64,000 bases of DNA from Diadema antillarum (lineage: Eukaryota). The stretch lies in contig NW_027271621.1 in the NCBI RefSeq assembly GCF_040938485.1, positions 434,001 to 498,000 of the forward strand, read 5' to 3'. The notes beneath the pieces are model-generated. The model ran no database searches. It was not told where the DNA came from and saw only the letters and a list, made by a program, of their open reading frames with translations. The translations under genes were made by a program, and so were the position numbers. Of this stretch, positions 40,172 through 51,374 are shown piece after piece (within the stretch, counting starts at the first letter, position 1; each line of letters begins with the position of its first letter).

Positions 40172-40966
40172 AATGCACTTCACTAACTCTTGTCGCTGAA
40201 TGTTACGTAACAGTTACATGCAAGGGAGATGACGATGTGTTCATTTATACACTTCAAGAACGGACCACTATCATGGTAGGCCTCAAGGTCAGATGCACTC
40301 AACAGAATTAAAGGTCGTTTTGTTATCCACTACAGTACAGTCGTTGTCAACACACGCTTCTTATGAGATCAAAGTCTGAATGCAGAGTGTAAATACGAGA
40401 GCAATTCTGATCAGGATGAGGCAAACATCGCTTGTTGCAGTTTGATCTCCGCATTTCAACAATGTCTCCGCAACTATCGTGATTCACACCGTCGTACGCT
40501 TCAATAAATAAAATAGATTTTTCTGTCTAAGATGAAATAGAATTTCTTTCATTTCATTTGAAAGCATATAGCTCCGCCTACTCCGAATATAATGGTCTCT
40601 ATCATCATATCCTGGCCTCTATAATGCTCAATGAGAATGTGAACAGTCACTGCATGTACTGCTGTGCCACTCCGTTGCTCTATCATATATCTTTTTTATC
40701 ATGCATCTTTCATATACTTTTTTAAAGATTTCGTTGTATGGGGGCTGCAAAACGGGAAGGGGGACTGAGGGACCTCATTTTTTAGTCTTGAAAGAAAAAG
40801 AAAAAAAAAAGAGAGGAAAATATTTAATTCAAATAAACACACAGAAAAATTAGGACTTCCAAGGATAATTCCATCCTGAAATTTTTCCTGACGGAAGCAA
40901 AGGGATAGATGGGGGTGGAAGGAGAGATGAAGAAGCATTGACCCTTGACCGAGCCCTCCCCCTCCC

Positions 40967-40969
<3 letters not shown>

Positions 40970-41053
<84 letters not shown>
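40970..41053. repeat. (CA)42 microsatellite
   Basis: Uninterrupted CA run of 84 bp in the region between the two divergent genes. Confidence 0.97.
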
Positions 41054-41056
<3 letters not shown>

Positions 41057-42939
41057 TAAAAATGTTCCGCGACAGTGATATAAATCTCTTTTTTTTATGG
41101 TAAACACGGGAGAATGATTGAATCAACCCACATACTGCCTCCAACCTGCCACTCACTGGATTGGGGGTGATTCATCATTCTATACAAACCGGCCACGTCC
41201 ACTCCATTCTTCAAGTAATTGACCCTCATCGATGCAAAGAAAATGGTAAAAGTCTCCTTTAAATCACATGCTTAAGATAAGAAAGGTGTGGGCCTTTAAA
41301 ATATGCGCGTGTTTTTTTTTTATTAAAGTTTTTTTGTGTTGTTTTTCTGCAAACATAATTACTATACAAATTAGACGGGGTGATCATGTTTTCGGGTCGC
41401 AAGTTTCCCGTAATGACCTGAACAAAAATAGTCACAGGACCTGATATATATATATTCATATTTTTTGAAAAAAAAAACCCAAAAGGAATAAATTAGATCC
41501 ATAGAGATTATATCAAAGGCAACATTTGTTGAATATCTCTATGGTCAGATCATTCACAGCTCCCTCTGTTGTCAAGTATATGGTTTAGGCTGCAAATTGG
41601 TGGTTTCCTCTGTATCGCATCATGAGTACAGTGTCCTTTATAAATCTCACATACATTTATAGGAAAAAAAACTTTTGAGATCGATGCTACCAAAATAACG
41701 GTGAGCTTTTGGCAAGTGGTCGATTCCAATTCTGTGTACTAGAGAGAGCATACTCGGCGACAATACTGATGTAGTTTTTACGCGTGGATTATTTATAGTA
41801 CTGAACAACCAGAGGTCCAGCGTAACAGTCACGGTAATTACCTTGTCATTTTATTCTGCTCATAAAGGCATAAGACACTTATCAGATTTAGGGATTCCAT
41901 AAAGGCCAGATCCCTCTCATGATCAGCAGCACACAGCAAAGCCTTGAAAGAGTACTTCTTAGTTATGGACTACGTTTCAAAACATTTCTTTTCGCCATGC
42001 ACAACCTTTGATGTATTCTTTGCTTTATTGAGTTTTCGTCTTGCAGGTCTAAAATATCAAAAAGACAAAATTGATTTCCGAAGCAACCTTAAAAAAAAAA
42101 AATCTCATTCTCAGCAGGATGATAAGTTGTAAGGATCAGTGATATTTTTTTTTCTCTCTCTTTTTAATCAATAGTAAGGGTGACGGAACGGGAGCAACAA
42201 CTCTTCACATCTTACCCCTCCCCCCCCAAAAAAAAAACAAAAACCAAAAACCCAACAACAAACAACCAAACCAAACCAAACCAAACCAAACAACAACAAT
42301 AACAACAACAACTTGCACACACATTTTTTTTTTTTTTGGGGGGGGAAGGAATAACCCCTCCCCTTCAAAAAAGATCTGTCTCCACTGGGGTGGGGTTGGA
42401 GTATTGACCCTTGATCCACCATGCACCAATCACAACCCCCCACCCCCCCCCCCCCCAAAAAAAAAAAGTAAGAACAGTTCCGCGGCCCCTGTTTTTTTTT
42501 GGTTACAAAAAAGAAGTAGGCCTATACACATTAAAGAACACTTTTTTTCACTTTTCGTAACACAAACACGAACACAATTCATACAAGGGAAGATGAAACA
42601 GACAGACAATGAGACATCAGAGTCAAGGATACAGACAGGTGACAGACAAAACAAGGAAGTTGATAAAACACAAGCTCCCACACCCTCAACTGTGCTGTAA
42701 AAAAACACACAAAAATAGTTGAGGAAGTTGGAACTCTCCTTTTCGCATTCTTACTCCCTCCTATCATATCATCCGTATCTCTGAATTCTTATCAACACGT
42801 AATAGGTATCAGGGTTTTGGACGCCAGTCAAGAGGAAAGAGGGTATAGTCAGGAAGCCCCTCCCGTTGCTAACGTGTCCTCCCTATTCCCCTTGGAAGAT
42901 CCACATCCATTGACCCCCTAACACCCCTCCCACTCCTGG

Positions 42940-43239
42940 GCCAGCAGCGCAGGACTACAGTATACATGTCGCGAGACAAAAACAAACACGCAGGCCTCGC
43001 AGACTTTACAACACATGCAGGTCTACCCAGCCCGATCATACGTTTGCGTTGTACGCACTTCTACTCGTGCACTCGACGTGCAATGTGCACGAACGACTCA
43101 GAGCTCATACGGTATCGTACGGCCGCGTATGATATGTGTATGCGAAGATTGGAGATTGACAGAAACAGGAGTCCCAGGGCTCGGAGACTATTTCTGTGCT
43201 AAAATGCACCGCCGCCTTTGCCAAGGAATGCATCGTCAA
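42940..43239 (+). promoter_or_regulatory. CpG-rich promoter and probable non-coding first exon of the plus-strand gene
   Basis: Local CpG enrichment. GGACTACA (42952-42959) and TCGCGAGA (42969-42976) resemble housekeeping-promoter motifs. Strong donor caa|gtgagt at 43240. The transcription start is not determinable from sequence. Confidence 0.5.
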
Positions 43240-44791
43240 GTGAGTATTCGTAGTGTGTGATACACTTGTACCTGTATAAATGAACGCCTAGTGAATTTTG
43301 GAGGCTCATTGTGTCTCGAATCATCAGTTTTCTGACATAAAGTTGTTAAGAAAGTAGGAGGGTCACAACGAGTCACTGTAGTCCCACACGTGAGCCGTCG
43401 GGTATCGTACTTCCGTACGATACTTTATACTCCATTGGCATTGCATTGTACTAGAGTCTAGTCCACTAACTTCTTGTAAGTATCACACAAACGTTCGAAA
43501 TAAATGACTTGGTGATACGCAAGAATTTTTTCCTTGACGTGGCGAAGTGACAGTAGCCTAGTAGAAGACAGTTTTCGAGATGTGTGTTTTCAAGGCTGGC
43601 TTAAAGAACCAGTTAAAGAATTATAAATTTATCTAACGTTTCTAGGTTATAAAAATATTAAAATCGTTGTTTCTAGGAATGTAGGATGGTAGACATCTAA
43701 CGGGGGGCTCCTTCACACAGTCTGTGGACATGTGGTGTGGGAGCGCCCTTAGTCAACAGTGGTGTCTTGACGTCTCTGCACTGTATGATAAAAAAAGAAA
43801 CACAAATTTAAGTGCATCTCAATTTACTAAGTGTCCTATTTTACCAGCAAATGACAAAATACCCAATATGCGGCAGGCCTGGTGCCTAGAGTGACTATTT
43901 CTGGCAGGGACACTTTCTTTAATTCATCAATAAAACAGCTAGAACTTTAGTGAACATCATGTGTGCTTAGTCCCACTTTAGAACACAATCAGGAGTTACT
44001 CAGAAGTGTTATGGGAAGTGACGCCTGATTACGCCATTTCATCAATAAATGAAGTGGCCCTCGCCGCAAATAGGCACCCTGTACAAAGCCTGTCGCAAAC
44101 GGGGTACTTTACTCTATGCATACATTCTGAATCTATTCCAATTCATACCAGTTCAGTTCTGCACTTGCTCATTTCCAGTCCAGATGGATGTTCTTGAAAA
44201 GATGTTTTTCTCCATACCTCCCATTTATTCCTTCGTATTTCGAAACGACCTTTTGAGTGGCACTTTGCGTATTGGCGATATGAATATGCATGAGGTCACA
44301 ATGTTTTTAGCCTTTTAGACAAGGTCCTTTCGCTGCGCAATGTGTAGTGGTGAGTGAATGGGTTTAAGTGAAATGCGCCCATGCAGAGAGTGATCGGGCG
44401 GCATACAATGTCATGCATCAAGAGTGCCTGGTCAAGAGGCAACACTGCTAGTACTGGCTAGCGCATGTGCAAGGGTTTCAAATCCAGGATACGGAGCAAT
44501 TGTCGTTCTCACAGATTCCTCTTGACCGAATCATTTAAAGTCATCAATTTTGACAGAAATGGACTATTGGAGGAACCAAATGTTCTACATATTTTGTTGT
44601 CAACAATTTTTGACAGTGCTGAAGCGTTGTTTGTGATATCCCAAAATCATATGCCAACCCATTTAACTGATGGCTCCTAATGCCCAGATCTCTAACTTTG
44701 CCATTGTTTCAAAAGCATTGCAAATTACTACATTCTGATTTTCTTTTGATGACAGCCATGATCAAGAAAACATCTGTGTACATCCCTCACC

Positions 44792-44987
44792 ATGCGTTAT
44801 CACCTCTTTGAGATAGCCACCCAGCTGAGGGTCAACAGCAACACAGACAGACATGAGCAGAGACGGCATCAGTCACCAGTCTCTTCTCTGGTGCAGCCCA
44901 AAAAGCCTGTTAGATCTCCCAGAATTAGCCTCAGTAGCCATAGGCAAAGTGGCGATGCAACCATCACAGTCTTAGTGTGCAATAATG
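44792..44987 (+). CDS. Unidentified plus-strand gene, probable first coding exon
   Basis: ATG at 44792 (caccATG) after an in-frame TGA at 44759. Encodes MRYHLFEIATQLRV...DATITVLVCNN, ending AAT G|gtgagt (phase 1), which matches the next exon. Probable acceptor gatgacag| at 44755. Confidence 0.6.
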
Positions 44988-45239
44988 GTGAGTTCCTCTC
45001 CTTTCATACTTGAGATACAATATGGCAAGTTAGAAAATACAAATGAATGCAAACAGTAAAAAGCTTACTCATCAGTTCATGAGCAACACTTCCTGAACAA
45101 CATTGTAACTGTTTTGACTTTTTTCATTTTTTTTTTTACTTTTTGGCAAATGAAAGGATTTAACATTAGTGTGATCTTTCAGCCATAATAGTACAAGTAG
45201 GTCAATGCATCAAAGTAAATTATTGAAAATTGCTGTTAA

Positions 45240-45670
45240 AGGTATTAGCCCACATATGTAAACCTGCAGCAATTGGTCTCATAGTTAGCATGGAGTTTGG
45301 GTATGATTGCAGTAACACCTGTGCAAAATTTCGTTCCAATTAGTCCATTACTTTCATAAAAATAAATGAAAATGCACCGTATGCATGCATATAATGCTCG
45401 CTAGCTCCGGTCCACGTATGTACTACATGCATGCGATACATGTGTAAGTTACATGTACGTAGCTAGCCCGCGCTCGTAATTAGATTTTGGGTCGGGTTGA
45501 CCCGGTTTGAAAATTGATTTTAAAACGATGATTTTCTCTCTTTTATCGAATGGTATAGACAAATAGCAACAGGTGAGGTATGTTACTGTTATAACTTGTA
45601 CTTCAAGTCATATTGGACCTGTTTTATGCAGTTTTGATTTTCGTGGGTTTGCAAATGTGGGCTAATACCT
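45240..45670. mobile_element. TTAA-flanked MITE with AGG termini (Kolobok-like)
   Basis: TTAA|AGGTATTAGCCCACAT ... ATGTGGGCTAATACCT|TTAA. Confidence 0.85.
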
Positions 45671-45879
45671 TTAAGGTTTATTCCCAAAGTGGTTGGTGAG
45701 TAAGTTATATTCTTGTTAAATTGTCAGTTGTAAAATGTCTATACTATTAGAATGTTCAACAAATGCATCCCATATTCTCTAAAATTCTGTTTCGTGTGGT
45801 AGGGGGAAAAAAGGTTTAGTTCCCCCTGACATTAGGAGTGTATGTTCCTGTAGTCTCAGATGAAAAAAGGTTGAGTTAT

Positions 45880-46105
45880 TTCATATGGCCCACACTCTAC
45901 AAGCATTGTTTTTTTAGTGGCTCCTGCATTTTTCGCACAGTGCATAGGTCTTCAGTCTCAATGTATGGTTACTGTAAGTTTGCAATTATTGTTGTTTACT
46001 CTGTTGAATCCACATTGTTTTGTTTGCATGATTTCTGTCACTAAACTAAGTGAAATGTGTATTATGTTACTGTTGAAAAACAGAAATAAATTTGAATTAA
46101 AAAAA
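45880..46105 (+). mobile_element. 3' end fragment of a CR1/L2-like LINE
   Basis: tggccc...caagc...tggctcctgcattt motif followed by an AT-rich UTR and aataaa tail. Confidence 0.45.
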
Positions 46106-47093
46106 ATGAATTAGGAATGTGTTTTCCCCAAGGAGAAATCTCTGTACTGTAAATGCTGTGAGACAAAAACAATGAAGACGACACACTGTTTAATAGCAAA
46201 TTCAGACAAACATTGAGTTGTGGTGTAATGAATCACGTAGTGTGCTCTGTAAGGGCACCTCAGAAAGTGTCATCTTGACATGTCGACTGTGGCATCACTT
46301 GTATTGCGCTGCTCCTATATCTTTACTTGAAATATAATTTATTTTATTTTCCCTAAAAGTCATCACATAAATGAGAAAATTGTCTACAGTAAACCCAAAT
46401 AATCCTTCGTCTCTATGTTCCACAAATATGAGAAGTGCTATAATGTGATAATTGAAGTTACAGCTTCACAAGGCCAAGATAGCTATCTAAAGTTACATGT
46501 AAAATGTCATATTATGACATAAATGCTGACAGTCACAGTTTTGTATTAAAGTGCATTAACACTCACCCAAGGCTGCTTAGTTTTGCTAGCCTGCTGCTCT
46601 TATTCAGCGATTATCATTAAAGGCAACCTATTCTGTGAAGTAAGAGAAATGGAGAAGGCAGTTCACTACTTGATTATACGTGTATTATATATATGGCCAT
46701 AAAACAGATGTGGTTGTAAGAGTCTTTTCACAGATATGACACATTTACCAATAGGACAAGTTATACCATGGTCTGCATCATAGACTCTTTTAATGAACAG
46801 TGCATAGCCCTATTCTTTTCAATTTAAGTAGATGTTTAAAACATCATAATCTTATTTTTATGCTTATTTTTTTTTATTAGGAATAGGTTAGTTGTTATTC
46901 TTGTATGAGTGCACATACAATGGTGGGAGATAAGATGTAATGGATGAAAAAGCAAGAACACTCCGCATTGGTTTACATTCAGATAAGTAGCATGAAATGG
47001 AACAATGAATATTTACACTGAGATGTATATTGATATACCTGCAGTTAGGTTTCATTTTTGTGGACTGTAACTTCATTGCTTTATACTGATTTA

Positions 47094-47132
<39 letters not shown>

Positions 47133-47504
47133 AGAGATTCAAGCTTCCAAATTGATTAAAAACTAACAGAAATAGTCAAATAGTGAATGCTCATGAATAA
47201 ACAAGACCATGTAGTTTCAGAGAAAAAAAATCTGTATCATTGTGATAGACTGCTTGTAAACTCTGGCTAATTTTTGTTTTACATTTACTCTGTTGCACAA
47301 GAAATTTCATGCCGGCATTTTTGAAGCCATAAAACTCTTTAAATCTAGTTTTGCTGGAGTTGCAGTGAAACTGATTAAATCTGTTCATTCGATACGTGAT
47401 GAAAATTTGTCTCCTTGAAACCTTTATCTTGCATGCATTCCTCCATGCATCACGTTTGGACTGATTGGTGTTCATTGGATTGCTGTTCATGTTTTGTTGC
47501 ACAG

Positions 47505-47572
47505 ACTTCCTGATATTGCGATATGAAGAGGATGGACACACACCCATCACCAAAGACCTCAAGTGGTTTCAG
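47505..47572 (+). CDS. Unidentified plus-strand gene, internal exon (68 bp)
   Basis: ttttgttgcacag| acceptor, |gtacag donor. Only the phase-1 frame is open: (D)FLILRYEEDGHTPITKDLKWFQ. Confidence 0.8.
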
Positions 47573-48155
47573 GTACAGTGTCAAGTCATGTGCAGATGGG
47601 ATCTAGATCCACATAACATGACATTAGCTACTCCTCCGTGACTTCTGTCATGTATCTATTGCTGTCAGTCTACCGTATGAGATTCCTTTGAATATGTAGC
47701 AGCATGGGAAGATGATATCATTTTGTAGTGTGGTGTCGAATCCATGTTGTTTTTGAACAATTTCAAAGGAAGGATGTACTTGAAAGAGCACCTTATCTTT
47801 CCTAAATGAACGCAGTACATCACAGAAAATTTAAACAAAAATGTGGCCACTAGCAGAAGAGTTAAGATGAATACTTGTGCTCATATGACTGACTAAATAT
47901 GCCTCATATGTTATATGAATGCCATGTCACAAGTTCTCATTATCTCATTATGCATAATTACCTGTATATGGTCATCATCATTTATAAGGTCATGAGGATG
48001 TCGCAGACATCATTTCCATGTCCTTCAAGAGACAGGAATTTGATCGGTTTTATAAATTCCATACTCTTATATACATGAAAAGTGATTACTTTAATTAAGT
48101 AAGGTTCTTGGCACAAGACCAAGACACCTTTGTTCTGTTTATTATGTGACCCCAG

Positions 48156-48324
48156 GGGGGTGTTTCATAAAGCTGTTCGTAACTTTACGAACAAGTTACG
48201 AGCGACTGGTGATCAGTTTTTATGTGCTATACTTATCAGAATTTCCATAAGTCAGCACAAGAACTGATCACCAGTCGCTCGTAAGTTGTTCGTAACTTTA
48301 TGAATAGCTTTATGAAACAGGGCC
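48156..48324. mobile_element. 169-bp palindromic MITE, CAG TSD (Harbinger-like)
   Basis: CAG|GGGGGTGTTTCATAAAGCT ... AGCTTTATGAAACAGGGCC|CAG. Confidence 0.8.
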
Positions 48325-48366
48325 CAGGTTAGATGCCTTCCTGATATACTGTCTGTAGTAATCCTG

Positions 48367-48535
48367 GGGGGTGTTTCATAAAGCTGTTCGTAAAGTTACG
48401 AACAACTTACGAGCCACTGGTAATCAGTTGTGATGTGCTATACTGATCAGAATTTCCATAGTTCAGCACAAGAACTGATCACCAGTCGCTCGTAAGTCGT
48501 TCGTAACTTTACGAACAGCTTTATGAAACACCCCC
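48367..48535. mobile_element. 169-bp palindromic MITE of the same family, CTG TSD
   Basis: CTG|GGGGGTGTTTCATAAAGCT ... AGCTTTATGAAACACCCCC|CTG. Confidence 0.85.
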
Positions 48536-48987
48536 CTGATCTTTGTTTTTTGTTTAAGCAACCTAATATAAACTGCTTTGCTGCTGAAAGCCATTGGTAA
48601 TATTCTCCTTCCTGTAAATTGGCTTGGACACAGAATGACCACTTCAAAGTGTATTGTTTTTGAAATGCAGTTGGTCTCCATCTGTACCTCATGTGTAAAC
48701 TGGCATCTCATCAGCTTATGCACAAGAACTAAAGTTACTACGCCATACCAGTTTGTGGCCATATCTAATATGTAGAGCAGTTTGATGTCAGTGCTTGTCT
48801 GTATTTATTGGATGGACATTGTAATAAATCAGCCCATCTTCAGAGCTCACATTTTGCACTTGCTGCTGGTGCCACAGAAGGTGTCCAAGCTTTGGTAGTG
48901 AGTGATCATTGTGCTACTCAAAAGGCAAGCCAGTTTTGTGCTTACAAATGTCTAATCTTGTCATACTTCATTTCCCACCACCCAAAG

Positions 48988-49174
48988 GACCCCACGAAAG
49001 CAGTCTGTGCCATCACCCTGGATGACAATGGTTGCTGGGCGGCGGCAGCTTGCAGTGATAGGAGCATCTACATCATTCCTGTCCTCCCGCTCCTTGGTGT
49101 GGCAACATCCAAGAAGGGGAGTCCCCCCTGGAAGACTGATGACATCACCAAGATCGACATCAATCCAAATATAG
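48988..49174 (+). CDS. Unidentified plus-strand gene, internal exon (187 bp), WD40/beta-propeller-like
   Basis: Encodes DPTKAVCAITLDDNGCWAAAACSDRSIYIIPVLPLL...WKTDDITKIDINPNI; a blade-like pattern (hydrophobic strand-DxxG-W-AAAC-SDRSIYI). AAG acceptor at 48987 chosen by phase; donor G|gtgaac. Confidence 0.8.
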
Positions 49175-49738
49175 GTGAACTTGACGGAATCCTCATCTGA
49201 ATCTTTGGAGGATTCTCTCAGTTCGAAAACTTTGAAGGTTTTCTTTTTTTATTGATCATTATAGAGTTATGTCTGCTGAATTTCAGCTAGTGTTTCTAAA
49301 TGATGTAAAAGGTTGTTGGTATCACTGCACTAGATGGATTTTTTTGTGATCATTTGCTCGGTCTGAAAATTACAAGTAATTTTTTTCTTCTCTACCTGAG
49401 CGAAATGAATCATACCAAAAGCAATTTCTTTTCTACTGCAGGAAATAGGAATAGGAATAAAAATGATCTAGGTAGCATTACTAGCTTTGAATTCTGAATC
49501 AATTGACTTTGCAACTACTTGTACAACTACATGCATGTACTATTACCATAGTTGGACTACTAATGATGATGACGATGATGATGATGATGATGATGATGAT
49601 ACATGATGGTATAATAATTGTTTCCTATGTAATCACTTTTTTCCTGAAACAAAACAAAACACACACAAAAAACCCAAACAACTAACCAACCAACCAAATG
49701 AATAAAACCAAACCAAACCGAACGAAACAAAATGGCAG

Positions 49739-49926
49739 GCATCCCATCCATCGTGAGCTGGTGGCACTCCCTGGACGAGAGACACATTGTAGTCATGGGA
49801 ACAGAAAAAGGAGAAGTGGTCTTGGTGGACCTCGGACTCGGGCGTGACATCAAGACCGTGCAGATTGGCGATGCCATCACCGCTCTCACCATCATCAGAC
49901 ATGAAGTCTCCATCGGTTACTTGTTG
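49739..49926 (+). CDS. Unidentified plus-strand gene, internal exon (188 bp), WD40/beta-propeller-like
   Basis: Encodes (G)IPSIVSWWHSLDERHIVVMGTEKGEVVLVDLGLGRDIKTVQIGDAITALTIIRHEVSIGYLL; the VVMGTEKGEVVLVDL segment is WD40-like. Acceptor ggcag|, donor |gtatgt; phases 1/0 fit both neighbours. Confidence 0.85.
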
Positions 49927-51123
49927 GTATGTGCTCCTTGGCTGTCATTTCTTTACTGTTTTATGTTCACACAGTCTTCTGGCTGAATGTAGAAAGTTTG
50001 GAAGCTCATTCATCGACTCAGCACTTTAAACTAGCTGATTGAAATCAAAAGCAACAGGTAACATTTACCTGGTGCTCTTTATTTAAATCAACTAGTTTGA
50101 AAAGTTTATCCATAAGTATATTGATATGGACATATTTTCAACTTTGAAAATGGTAGAATTTTAAAGTTATACGATCCTAACCCCTAATGGTGCGTTATTC
50201 TGCAAACTCCTCCTCCGAACGAAATTTGTGTATGCAATGTCAGACTGCAGTGCTATATCCATAAACGTGTGAGACAATTCTGCCACTGAGACACGTGTGT
50301 GTGTGTGTGTGTATGTGTGTATGTACGCATCATACACGAACATTGTGACTGCAAGCTGCAGTGATTGGAGGAGAGAGGCCAGAAGATGCATGGCTCTTCT
50401 GGCCTCTCTTCATGCACATGATGCGCACTGTGAGTGTGCTTCCATTTGCAAGCTCGCGTGGCTCGGACAGCCATTTTTGGCCACGTGATTTTGAGCCGCA
50501 GTGTGTGTTCGCTGACCCATAAAGCCAGCGCTATTCTCATTAGGTGTCACAACATTTGATACAGAATGGGGGAAGGCAGCGTATTGCATTCATCTCCGTG
50601 CCTCACAAACCACTCGCCACGATTGTAAGGCTTTAAAGTCTGTACATGTTGATTGCATTATTAACATTTCTAATGTGGTAATTTGATAGCTGTTCTCAAA
50701 CATGAATGTTTTAAATGTCTATAAGAAAAGTATACACGTACATATATTAGCAGGTGATCGGTATTAAAAGTAGGGACAGGATAATGGTCTAATGGACGTA
50801 GGAAAAGAAAATCTTGGTAATAGTAGAGTCATCTTGGGTGGTTCCGTGACCAACCTCTCTGAACCTTTTTTTCTCAGTGGATTTGTCATTCTTAATCATT
50901 TTGAAGGAAAATGAGCTCCTATGTACCTCACAAAAATGATGGGAATTTTTTCTACAGCCCCAAATTCAAAATGGCCGCCAAAATGGCTGTCACTGCCTAT
51001 ATCTCAGTAACTAATTCACCTAGGAGGTTGATTTTGGTGTTTCGACATAGGTTTTGGGGGTTAAGAATTACCATGCTTCTTTTTTTGGGGGGGGGGTAAA
51101 ACATGTTCATTGCAGTGAAATCC

Positions 51124-51171
51124 AATATGGCCGCCAATATGGCCGCCAATATGGCCGCCAATATGGCCGCC
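51124..51171. repeat. Subterminal tandem repeat (AATATGGCCGCC)x4 inside Academ
   Basis: Four exact 12-mers, plus two degenerate copies (AAAATGGCCGCC, AAAATGGCTGTC) at 50968-50991 abutting the left TIR. Confidence 0.95.
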
Positions 51172-51374
51172 GACATACATTTGCTATTGTTTCTCGATTT
51201 CTAAGTTGTCTAGAAAGCTGATCTTGATGTCAAAACAAAGGTTATCGGTGTCAAGCTTTCTGTTGATACCATAATCTGATAGAATGCTTACATTATGATT
51301 ACATAATTTTTAACATTCATCACATCTGGAAAATTTTGATGTCGCCGACTGTTGTCTTCAAAGTCCAACATACC

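Noticed and set aside
48808-48987. N-terminal part of the 130-aa ORF as coding sequence
   Set aside because: Phase logic with the exon at 47505-47572 places the acceptor at 48987; the upstream part reads as intron read-through.
51124-51171. CRISPR-like or other spacer-containing array
   Set aside because: The repeats are directly adjacent with no spacers and the context is eukaryotic. The same holds for the 7283-9380 motif repeats, whose spacing is irregular and orientation mixed.
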